Source: a virus
Taxonomy: Duplodnaviria; Heunggongvirae; Uroviricota; Caudoviricetes
Virus record (IMG/VR): IMGVR_UViG_2671180676_000003
Direction: 5' to 3' (one strand)
Length of the DNA stretch: 45,001 bases
This document shows positions 17,757-25,719 of the stretch, one piece after another. Position numbers and translations under genes: made by a program. The notes beneath the pieces were generated by a model. That model searched no databases and had not been told where the DNA came from. It saw only the letters and a program-made list of their open reading frames with translations. Each line of letters opens with the position of its first letter. Position 1 is the stretch's first letter.

Positions 17757-17969
17757 TTAGTGTATTTTCTTTAACAGACCCCAAAGTGTTCCGGCTTTTG
17801 TAGTCAGTTTTCCTGTTTCTGGATCGTACATACGCCATTCACGCCGCTGGTGGACGATATACCCATCTTCACGTTCCAGACGCTCAAGAATGCCAGGCTG
17901 CTTGAAACCCTTAGCACGCCAGTAGCCGCTTGTTTTCTCGATTTCCAGACCTGCCAGTGTTAATGCCAT
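17757..17969 (-). CDS. Hypothetical protein
   Basis: 70 aa ORF; start overlaps the stop of the upstream gene. Confidence 0.4.
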   Translation of the reverse strand: MALTLAGLEIEKTSGYWRAKGFKQPGILERLEREDGYIVHQRREWRMYDPETGKLTTKAGTLWGLLKKIH

Positions 17970-18304
17970 TACCCAACCTCCTTGCAGTCATCGAAAAGGT
18001 AGCTTTGCTGAGAAGCGTGAACGCCATAGAAGCCCTTGTATTTGTTGTATACGAAGTGGTCTTCTCCGACGCCGGTTAATTTGCCATTACGATTTGTGAG
18101 ATATGGGGATGACAACACTCGATCGTCACGCACAACATAGAACTGGTCGCCGCTGTCTACGACCATCGCTCCATATGGTGCTTTTATGACGTCGGTAAGA
18201 GCGCCATTCTTAACGTCGGCTACAGACATTTCACACTGATAAACAGTGGTGTCGGCCACAACGATCGAAGAAAGAAACAACAGCGCGAATGGGATGGTCT
18301 TCAT
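17969..18304 (-). CDS. Hypothetical secreted protein
   Basis: 111 aa with an N-terminal signal-peptide-like segment (MKTIPFALLFLSSIVVA). Confidence 0.5.
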   Translation of the reverse strand: MKTIPFALLFLSSIVVADTTVYQCEMSVADVKNGALTDVIKAPYGAMVVDSGDQFYVVRDDRVLSSPYLTNRNGKLTGVGEDHFVYNKYKGFYGVHASQQSYLFDDCKEVG

Positions 18305-18480
18305 GCTGCCACCTCTTTGATTACATCAAATGCTGAATTAAATACGAGCACGATAGCCAAAGCGTTTATGACTACGTCGTGCACCGGGGAAAAGACTTTA
18401 CGAATGACACCAGTGAAAATGCAGTCGATGACAAAAGCTATTGAAACGATGAGTAACAAGTATTCAATAAAAATCTTCAT
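18301..18480 (-). CDS. Hypothetical small membrane protein (59 aa; below the ORF-track cutoff)
   Basis: My own translation: MKIFIEYLLLIVSIAFVIDCIFTGVIRKVFSPVHDVVINALAIVLVFNSAFDVIKEVAA. Its stop overlaps the next gene's ATG as ATGA. Confidence 0.4.
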   Translation of the reverse strand: MKIFIEYLLLIVSIAFVIDCIFTGVIRKVFSPVHDVVINALAIVLVFNSAFDVIKEVAA

Positions 18481-18519
18481 GATAGGTAGATACTAACTTA
18501 TATAAACTTTACTGTAAAC

Positions 18520-18795
18520 TCACTCAAAAGTGCTGATGCTTAAAATACGCTCAAGATGTTCAGCATCTTCATTACTGATTTGTTGAGTCTCTTCTACGTA
18601 CCAACAGTTGCCGTTATGCCAACAAACACCATCATCATCAACCATCACTGAATCAGCGTCATGACCTGTATATTCAACAAGAGTACGCTGGATCAGCGCG
18701 TCAGTTTCTTCATCGTTAAGGCCATCGACTTTGACCATAAAAAGCGGAAACACGTCATAGACAGTGCTGGTAACGATTCGAACTAAAACTCTCAT
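18520..18795 (-). CDS. Hypothetical acidic protein
   Basis: 91 aa ORF. Confidence 0.45.
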   Translation of the reverse strand: MRVLVRIVTSTVYDVFPLFMVKVDGLNDEETDALIQRTLVEYTGHDADSVMVDDDGVCWHNGNCWYVEETQQISNEDAEHLERILSISTFE

Positions 18796-18850
18796 GTGTT
18801 TTTCCTTTTGTGGTTAGTGTTTACTTATTTTGTTAGTTATGAATAGGCGA

Positions 18851-19276
18851 TCAATCTTCTTGGTTAGGGAAAAACTGTTCAATAACTCTGTCAACGGCTG
18901 TGTCTATATGGAGTAGATGCCACACAACCATATCTTTGCTTCCCATGCCTTGTGTGAATATCACGTCATACTTACGCCATGCGCAGTGGAACCAATATGC
19001 TGAGTCATCAATTGGTAAATCCTCTCCCGCCTCTTTGAAGTATTTCAGCAGCATTGCCTGCTCTGCCGTTGGCGTTGGACCTATTTCCTGAGCGTACATA
19101 CGGATGAATCGCTGCCAGTCTGTCTCGTCGGGGGTTGGATCTGGTGGGGGCATTTCTGCGATAGCGTTTCGTAGCTGATGCGCCCAATCAGGTTCAGGAA
19201 AGCCTTTTGCTACTTCATCATCAATAACATCCAGAGCCACGTTTGCGGCATCGTAGAGTTTCTTAATAACTGTCAT
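18851..19276 (-). CDS. Hypothetical protein
   Basis: 141 aa ORF. Confidence 0.5.
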   Translation of the reverse strand: MTVIKKLYDAANVALDVIDDEVAKGFPEPDWAHQLRNAIAEMPPPDPTPDETDWQRFIRMYAQEIGPTPTAEQAMLLKYFKEAGEDLPIDDSAYWFHCAWRKYDVIFTQGMGSKDMVVWHLLHIDTAVDRVIEQFFPNQED

Positions 19277-19323
19277 GTTTTCTTATCCTTTTAAACAAAT
19301 TGTTTTCTTAATAAGATAATTGC

Positions 19324-19350
19324 GATAAAAAAGGCGTCCAACTGGACGCC
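19324..19350 (-). terminator. Intrinsic terminator
   Basis: GGCGTCC-AACT-GGACGCC hairpin followed on the minus strand by TTTTTTATC, just 3' of the SPFH gene. Confidence 0.5.
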
Positions 19351-19367
19351 TGAACTTTTTAGGGGAG

Positions 19368-20198
19368 TTATTTCACTGTAATGAAAGGAGTGTTAGCCCC
19401 TTGAGTCATGTACTGCGGTAACTGGCCATTCCATTTATTGATGGCTTCCAGCTCCATAACGTTCGGGTTTTGACGCAGAGCTTCACCGCGCAGACGAATG
19501 GCGTCGGCTTCTGCTTGCGCACGAGCACGGATAGCATCAGCTTCACCATTAGCCTGTTCACGTAGCATATTCGCCTCAGCTTTACGCTGTTCAACTTCCT
19601 GCTGACGTTGCAGAGTACGCTGGTTAGCCGTTACTTTGGCGTTGATAGATTCAATGACGGTTTTTGGGTAATCAGGCTTTCCAACCCATGACAGGCTCAG
19701 TACCTCAATACCAACCGGAGACATCTCTTTCTGAATATCTTTCAGTGCGTTGTCCAGCAATTGCGCCTTACCACCGTCGATAAATGAGTCAGTGGTCATA
19801 CGGCTGGCCAAACGGTTTAGAGAGTCGGCAATTTTCTGACGCAGATCTGATTCGGTGATATCGTCTACGCCTTTGCGATAGGTCTGGAACACCGTCGTTA
19901 CCTTGTCACGATTAACCAGATACGCAACGCCAATTTTGTGACCAATAGCAGTACCGTCACTCATCTGGAATGTGAACGGCTCGTCGTAGGTCTTCATTTG
20001 TTTGAAGGTCGGGAATACGTAAAGTTCGGTGTTAAGACCTGTCCATTGGCGACCAACGCCAACCACTTCACCGATCCCTTTGTCTTCACCTAATTTGTTT
20101 ACTTTGATGCCAACGTATCCAGGCTCCACGCGATCACAGCCAGTAAGACCCATTGTGCAAATAGCCGCCAGAGCAACTGCAAGTAAACCTTTCTTCAT
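19368..20198 (-). CDS. SPFH/band-7 (prohibitin/HflKC-like) domain lipoprotein
   Basis: Signal peptide with lipobox (LTGC); band-7-like core and a C-terminal coiled coil rich in AEA/RAQ repeats. Confidence 0.7.
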   Translation of the reverse strand: MKKGLLAVALAAICTMGLTGCDRVEPGYVGIKVNKLGEDKGIGEVVGVGRQWTGLNTELYVFPTFKQMKTYDEPFTFQMSDGTAIGHKIGVAYLVNRDKVTTVFQTYRKGVDDITESDLRQKIADSLNRLASRMTTDSFIDGGKAQLLDNALKDIQKEMSPVGIEVLSLSWVGKPDYPKTVIESINAKVTANQRTLQRQQEVEQRKAEANMLREQANGEADAIRARAQAEADAIRLRGEALRQNPNVMELEAINKWNGQLPQYMTQGANTPFITVK

Positions 20199-20201
20199 TA
20201 C

Positions 20202-20402
20202 TTATTTCCCCTTTGCTTTGATTAATGAGTTGATAAACTTACGACCAGCAATAAGACCGATTACAGGAGCACCAAAACCAACGATAACTCCAAACATGAC
20301 GGCTAAATCACTCTTGGTAGAAATCAGCGACGGAACCAGTAAACCGTAGATGAGAGCCACTGAAAGGCCTGTGGCTACTGCCAATAGATAGATTTTGATC
20401 AT
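20202..20402 (-). CDS. Small two-helix membrane protein, likely partner of the SPFH protein
   Basis: 66 aa, two hydrophobic segments; immediately upstream of the SPFH gene; sigma70-like TTGAAA-N17-TATTAT upstream. Confidence 0.5.
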   Translation of the reverse strand: MIKIYLLAVATGLSVALIYGLLVPSLISTKSDLAVMFGVIVGFGAPVIGLIAGRKFINSLIKAKGK

Positions 20403-20463
20403 GTGTTTTCCTATGTGGTTGTTATGCGAAAATAATAAGTAAGTACTTATATATTTTCAAGAG

Positions 20464-20490
20464 ATAAAAAAGGCGTCCTGTGGACGCCTT
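20464..20490 (-). terminator. Intrinsic terminator
   Basis: AAGGCGTCC-TGT-GGACGCCTT hairpin followed by a T-run on the minus strand, 3' of the RecA-like gene. Confidence 0.5.
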
Positions 20491-20494
20491 GTGT

Positions 20495-21568
20495 TTACTC
20501 TTCTACTGACTCGGTGGGGTTGTCTTTTGCTCTTCGGTCGTCGATTGCCTGCAAAGCCGCAATGATTTCAGCCAGTGGCTTCTCCCGATACATCTCGACG
20601 ATCTGCGATTTGGTGTATTTCTTGTCACCAATTTCAACTCGCCCGCTGGCGTTCTTTGGCAGGTATCCTTCTTCCAGCATGTACTCGACGAGCGATTCGA
20701 TAACGTCGAGGCCACGAGTAGGATCGAAGTAGAATTTCCAGGTGCATTTGCCATACGGTGGTGCAACTTTGTTTTTGATGCATTCTGCGCCTACGTCCTG
20801 GCCGATCTTCTCTTTACCATCCTTCATCACCGATGCACCAAGACGGATACGTACAGAAGCGTAGAACTTCGGTGAATCTCCACCTGGCGACGTAGTAGGG
20901 TCGCCAAACATTACACCGATTTTTGTGCGAACCTGATTCAAGAAGATGATGCAGGCGTTGTATTTGCGTGCCCACAAAGCCAGAGTAGGGAAGTTCGCAC
21001 TTGTCGCACGAGCCAGTGCCGTATTGTCGTTCATGTTTAGCTGATCTTTGTCTTTGGCAGTGCCTTCAGCCATCTTTTCGAACTTCTCGGCTTTGGAGTT
21101 CGGAACCATAGACGCAAGTGAGTCAGCCACGATACAGATAGGTGCTGATTCAGGGATAAGCTCTTCATCACGTACCAATTTAAGTATTGTGCCGATCAAC
21201 TCTACAGAGTCTTCGAAGGTGTCAGGCTGCTTGTATACCCACTGACCGTCATCCTCATCTGCGTTCAGGCCATTGGCTACAGCCAGGCCAACGTCAAAAC
21301 TGTTTTCATGATCGAGGAATACCGCCAGACCATCTTGTTTTTGAGCGGAGATCATCGCTGCTGTTGCAAGGAACGTTTTCCCTGCACTTGGAGGACCGAA
21401 TACTTCGACGATACGACCACATGGGAAGCCGCCATCGTAACGACCAGAAATAGCTTTGTTTAACGGTGGAAAGCCTGTATCAATCCAATGAGTTACTTTC
21501 TGAATTTCGTCGTTGCTACCGATTTTCTTTTTCAGAGCAAGTGCCAGTGCGGATTTTCCTTTTGCCAT
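20495..21568 (-). CDS. RecA-family recombinase
   Basis: GRIVEVFGPPSAGKT Walker A in RecA-like context; 357 aa. Confidence 0.85.
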   Translation of the reverse strand: MAKGKSALALALKKKIGSNDEIQKVTHWIDTGFPPLNKAISGRYDGGFPCGRIVEVFGPPSAGKTFLATAAMISAQKQDGLAVFLDHENSFDVGLAVANGLNADEDDGQWVYKQPDTFEDSVELIGTILKLVRDEELIPESAPICIVADSLASMVPNSKAEKFEKMAEGTAKDKDQLNMNDNTALARATSANFPTLALWARKYNACIIFLNQVRTKIGVMFGDPTTSPGGDSPKFYASVRIRLGASVMKDGKEKIGQDVGAECIKNKVAPPYGKCTWKFYFDPTRGLDVIESLVEYMLEEGYLPKNASGRVEIGDKKYTKSQIVEMYREKPLAEIIAALQAIDDRRAKDNPTESVEE

Positions 21569-21570
21569 GA

Positions 21571-21843
21571 TCAGGCTCCTTTTGTTTCGTTGATTCGTTT
21601 TAAAGCGGCGGATTCATCGAATACAATCGCATCGTGGTTAAGGAGTCTGGATACACGAGCGAGGATTTTTACGACCTGCTCGCTGACTAATCCAAACTCG
21701 CGATCTGTCGCTTTCATTCCGGCAGCGCCTAGAATTGACGGCAGTGCGATGACAGCGTACTCACCGTGATAAAAGACAATCTCTTTTGCCAGTTGGGCAG
21801 GGGTGGTTGTAGCGCCATTGATAATCGATTTAAGCATTAGCAA
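21571..21843 (-). CDS. Hypothetical protein
   Basis: 90 aa ORF positioned for translational coupling between the FEN and RecA-like genes. Confidence 0.4.
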   Translation of the reverse strand: MLMLKSIINGATTTPAQLAKEIVFYHGEYAVIALPSILGAAGMKATDREFGLVSEQVVKILARVSRLLNHDAIVFDESAALKRINETKGA

Positions 21844-22781
21844 TACCTTTCGAATGGAAGAACAAACACTTCAAGGTCTTCAAGGAACGAACGGAAATTC
21901 AGCTCGTAGCACAGTTGCTCGAATGCTTTCACGTCACGATTGCCTTTGATTGTTTCGATTTCGGTAGGCGGAAACTTCGTCTCAATCAGGTTCATTAGCG
22001 TGATGTTTCTCTTGAACGCTTCGAGCATTCGACAGCCTGTTTTCTCGTTGAAGGCATTCTTCGCTAGTTTGTTGAAGGCGGTCTTATGACGCCCTTTATT
22101 AACCACGATTGAGCCGTCGTTGATGCCGCGTACCATCGTTGCGACACTTCCCCATTCATGCAGCAGCTCTTTCGCACCGCCAGCACCAATGCCACCAACA
22201 CCGCTAATGTTGTCCGAGTTATCGCCTTGTAATGCTTTTGCTTCCAAAAATGCGCGAGGCGTGGCGAATCCTGTCAGCTCCGCAAATTGCTCAAAATTAA
22301 CCTGCTTGTTTTTGGCGTCTTCACGCAGGCTTACCCAGCTTACGTTTTCGCGAACTAACTGAAGCCAGTCGCTATCGCCTGTTAACAGATAGATGTGTTC
22401 AACGGTTGGCTGCGGTGCCATGCGGGATACCAGCAGCCCGGCCAGATCATCCGCTTCTGCATCTTTTGCAATGATTTGGTTAACACCAAGCGCGGTCATC
22501 ATTTTGAGGATGTATGGCTTCTGGATAGCAAAGCCTTCCTTCATCTTTTTCATATCAGGATCGTCGTCGCGATTTGCTTTGTAGTCCGGGTAAAAGTCGC
22601 GACGCTTGTCACTAAATCCATCCCAAAGAATCATAGGTCGGGCATGGAGGATGGAGGCATAACGACGGACGTTCTTAACAAAGCCGAAAGCAGCCTGTAC
22701 TTCCATTTCGCCGTTGTGCAATTTGTCAGATTGTTGGTGGTAATAACCCAGGCTATTGCCATCTACGAAGAGATAATTCAC
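21837..22781 (-). CDS. 5'-3' exonuclease / flap endonuclease (T4 RNase H and T5 D15 class)
   Basis: NYLFVDGNSLGYY N-terminal motif and helix-hairpin-helix GDNSDNISGVGGIGAGGAKEL. The track's GTG start at 22832 sits inside the upstream terminator hairpin, so I place the start at GTG 22781 with AAGGA upstream. Confidence 0.8.
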   Translation of the reverse strand: MNYLFVDGNSLGYYHQQSDKLHNGEMEVQAAFGFVKNVRRYASILHARPMILWDGFSDKRRDFYPDYKANRDDDPDMKKMKEGFAIQKPYILKMMTALGVNQIIAKDAEADDLAGLLVSRMAPQPTVEHIYLLTGDSDWLQLVRENVSWVSLREDAKNKQVNFEQFAELTGFATPRAFLEAKALQGDNSDNISGVGGIGAGGAKELLHEWGSVATMVRGINDGSIVVNKGRHKTAFNKLAKNAFNEKTGCRMLEAFKRNITLMNLIETKFPPTEIETIKGNRDVKAFEQLCYELNFRSFLEDLEVFVLPFERYC

Positions 22782-22799
22782 CGGTACATTCCTTCCAAA

Positions 22800-22828
22800 A
22801 AGTAAGGCGTCCGTAGACGCCTTACTGG
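22800..22828 (-). terminator. Intrinsic terminator
   Basis: GTAAGGCGTC-CGTA-GACGCCTTAC hairpin followed by TTTT on the minus strand, 3' of the SSB-like gene. Confidence 0.45.
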
Positions 22829-22841
22829 TCACGTAATGGGA

Positions 22842-23870
22842 TTACAGAGAGTCCAGCTCTCTCAGTAGGTCATCCAGACCTTCATCTTCCGTCGCAGATG
22901 CGGTTGCTACAGATGTCGCTGCGACTGCTTCAGACTCTTTGACTGATACGGCAACGGCAGCGGAACTTGCCTCTGGTTTAAATTCAGTTTCAACGGCACG
23001 GAGGATTTCTTCATCAACCAGACTGGTTGGTTCAGAAGCCGGTGTGTGCGCGGTTGCTACAGCCGTCGCTCCTTCTGTATGACCAGTGACAGAGCCAAAT
23101 CCAGGTAGTGCCGCAGCCGATGTTTTCGCGGTTGAGGAAATTGCTGGTGCAGATGCTGCGGCAGTTGGTGCAGCGATGCCAATCAGACGACCCATAGTGC
23201 GAACTGTCGACAGAAGACGAGTTTCATCAGCCTGATTTGCGTATGCGATCAGATCATGCTGGGTGTTCCAGAATTTATCTTCGATATCGCCTTTGTAGAC
23301 TTTACGCTTAGGCGAGACGTCATATTTGGTATCGCGACCAGAGCCAGTACGTTTAATCAGGAATGCGTAGCCTTCCTCTTTGCTCAGTGGATTGCCGATA
23401 TCATCAGCGATGTCTTCGGTGATTGCTTTGCAGATATCATCGAATACAGTAGACGGCAGCTCGATTAACTGGCATTTCTCAGCATCTGCGAAATCCTCAC
23501 GAGCAGAAAGAATGCCGTTGACCAGGTAGCGAGGAGTGGCACGCATTTGACCGATGCGTTCTTCCATTGCTTTGTTACCCTTGTGACGAGCGCGACCTTC
23601 CATCACCATTTCGCATAGCTGACAAGCGCGACCGTGAGTATGTTGCTCACAAATATAAGCGTTGGTTGCTTCTTTACCTTCCTCGTTCTGATACTTAACG
23701 TAGTGCATACCGAAAGTCTGGAAGAACTTACCGTTTGGGTCGTCTTTATTCGGGAAGATGCGGATATAGTTGACGCCGTCTTTTAAACGAGTCAGATCAA
23801 CGTTGTTGCCACGTTTGGCGGCAATGTCTTCACGAGTTTTGTTAAGCAAATCAAGTAATGTCTTAGACAT
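22842..23870 (-). CDS. Single-stranded DNA-binding protein, T4 gp32-like
   Basis: Zinc-site-like C-x2-H-T-H-G-x3-C-x2-C (CEQHTHGRACQLC) resembling gp32 CSSTHG..CPVC; Ala/Ser-rich linker; acidic C-terminal tail (EDEGLDDLLRELDSL). Confidence 0.65.
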   Translation of the reverse strand: MSKTLLDLLNKTREDIAAKRGNNVDLTRLKDGVNYIRIFPNKDDPNGKFFQTFGMHYVKYQNEEGKEATNAYICEQHTHGRACQLCEMVMEGRARHKGNKAMEERIGQMRATPRYLVNGILSAREDFADAEKCQLIELPSTVFDDICKAITEDIADDIGNPLSKEEGYAFLIKRTGSGRDTKYDVSPKRKVYKGDIEDKFWNTQHDLIAYANQADETRLLSTVRTMGRLIGIAAPTAAASAPAISSTAKTSAAALPGFGSVTGHTEGATAVATAHTPASEPTSLVDEEILRAVETEFKPEASSAAVAVSVKESEAVAATSVATASATEDEGLDDLLRELDSL

Positions 23871-23987
23871 GTGTTTCTCCTTGTTGTGATTTGGCCGATG
23901 GCGCTATGCGCGTTGGGCTTTCGTTCATTCGTGGCTCTTTCGAGCTGTTAAATGATAGATCAGTACTTACTTATTATCTATCAAAAA

Positions 23988-24419
23988 TCAACGGGGAGTA
24001 ATAAAGCGTTCAGAGCCTAATCGCTCTAATTCAACGATAGCCATCTTCGACGCCTGAACGATCATGTCTCGGCGATGCGAAAAGGCGGCGACAGCATGTT
24101 TGTATATGTCTGCGATGTGCCGTGCTTCATCCAACTTCTGCCGTTTAGACAGATACTGTGGGTTTGTTTTAACCTTAGCGTCTAGTACAGATTCGTTAAA
24201 CTTAATGCCGTTCATACTCAAGTTTTTACGCTCTGTGTCGTATAGCTTTGCTTCAACAGCTTCAAGGTTAAGTTTTGCCTCTGCGACACTTCTTTCTGCA
24301 TGGGCGAGCTTTGAACCATACTCCATCAACAGGCGAGGTTGTTTACGCCAGACGTCTTCCAGATTGTCTCTGTCAAACTCGAGATCAGACATTATTTTCT
24401 CGTAAATATCGGTGTTCAT
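23988..24419 (-). CDS. Hypothetical protein (possibly UvsY-like recombination mediator)
   Basis: 143 aa helical protein directly upstream of the gp32-like and RecA-like genes; size and position are the only support. Confidence 0.3.
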   Translation of the reverse strand: MNTDIYEKIMSDLEFDRDNLEDVWRKQPRLLMEYGSKLAHAERSVAEAKLNLEAVEAKLYDTERKNLSMNGIKFNESVLDAKVKTNPQYLSKRQKLDEARHIADIYKHAVAAFSHRRDMIVQASKMAIVELERLGSERFITPR

Positions 24420-24547
24420 ATTGATATGCTCAAACTTACTTTCGTGTATCTGATTATATCAAACAAATAGAGCTTTACTGTCATGATTGGCGGTAGACAG
24501 TATCGGCGCTAAGGTGCAGAATCAGGAGGTACACCGAGCAAAGCAAA

Positions 24548-25546
24548 TTGAGAATAAAACCAATGGATAAGGCTAACAAACAAGTCAAAGCAACAAAGTC
24601 AGTGCCGACTAAAAAAACAGCCCTCCCCCCAAAAGCTAAGTCTGTAAAGCCAGCGGCAGAAAAGAATAAAACTGAAGGTATGACATATCCGAAAACCAGT
24701 GCGGATGGACACGCTGGAGAGTACTTGTTTGCCTATTGGATTTCTCGTTATTTCAGATGGCCTTGTCGATTGCTAGATATTGATATGGGATTGGATGCTC
24801 AGGTTGAAATATATGAAAATAATCTTTCGACAGGTTTTTTTATCGGCGTTCAGATAAAAACCACCTCACGCAAAATGAAGAGAAGGTTAAGCGTACAAAT
24901 ACCTTATAAAAATATAACCTATTGGGGAAGTTGTGATTTTCCTGTGGTAATTGTTTTGATATGCCTACACGATGATAATGAATTAGACGAACCTGCTATT
25001 TATTGGAAGCATTTAGATAAAAAAACAATTTCTAAAATAAAGGATAAAGCATTAAGAAGTGACTCTGGATGTGCTCCTGTAACTTTCAATAAGGATGATT
25101 ATCTGTCTGAATGGGCAGACAAACCAAAGTGGGTCGACATGTGGCTTACAGAAGAAGATAAAGAGATAATTGAGCTTGCAAAGCGAGTAAACAAGACGTT
25201 GCTAGAGATAGGTGTTCCTCTTGATAAATTCGGAGACGAGTATGACCGCAGCACCTACCTGTGTAGCCCTGAGCGGGTAGTACCAGACTTGAACTCTATG
25301 ATGAATGAATATGAAAAAATAAATAACCATATACGTGTAAAGCGTCGATTAGTAGAATTCGATCCTGTAGTGTCGATTTGTTCACAAAATTATGAAAAGT
25401 ATCTACCTAAAATCCTTGAATATTTTGAAGATGTGGTCGCACGTAGTGTCGGTTCATACTCGATTGCAGAACATTTCGAACCATACAGTGATCGTAATCA
25501 TATTCTGAATCGAATAATTATAGAGAAAGCCCCTAATTCAAGATAG
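24548..25546 (+). CDS. Hypothetical protein with Lys-rich N-terminal tail and PD-(D/E)xK-like nuclease core
   Basis: Plus-strand gene in a minus-strand block, AT-rich. Motif GEYLFAYWISRYFRWPCRLLDIDMGLDAQVEIYEN...FIGVQIKTT fits a D..D/E..E.K restriction-endonuclease-like pattern. Start is TTG 24548 or ATG 24563. Confidence 0.5.
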   Translation: MRIKPMDKANKQVKATKSVPTKKTALPPKAKSVKPAAEKNKTEGMTYPKTSADGHAGEYLFAYWISRYFRWPCRLLDIDMGLDAQVEIYENNLSTGFFIGVQIKTTSRKMKRRLSVQIPYKNITYWGSCDFPVVIVLICLHDDNELDEPAIYWKHLDKKTISKIKDKALRSDSGCAPVTFNKDDYLSEWADKPKWVDMWLTEEDKEIIELAKRVNKTLLEIGVPLDKFGDEYDRSTYLCSPERVVPDLNSMMNEYEKINNHIRVKRRLVEFDPVVSICSQNYEKYLPKILEYFEDVVARSVGSYSIAEHFEPYSDRNHILNRIIIEKAPNSR

Positions 25547-25552
25547 TCAAAT

Positions 25553-25590
25553 GAAAAGCTCGTCAATTGACGAGCTTTTCATTAGGCGAC
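25553..25590. terminator. Putative bidirectional terminator hairpin
   Basis: GAAAAGCTCGTC-AATT-GACGAGCTTTTC, a perfect 12-bp stem between convergent genes. Confidence 0.4.
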
Positions 25591-25719
25591 TTTCTTACCA
25601 AAAATATTGGATAGCGTGACTCTGGTCTGGCGCTTCAGCCTGTACTGTCTCACATCGCCAATCTTGTTTACTTCCATAAACTCTTTGCTCTTTGGCCACC
25701 TTCATGGTGTTCGCTTTGT

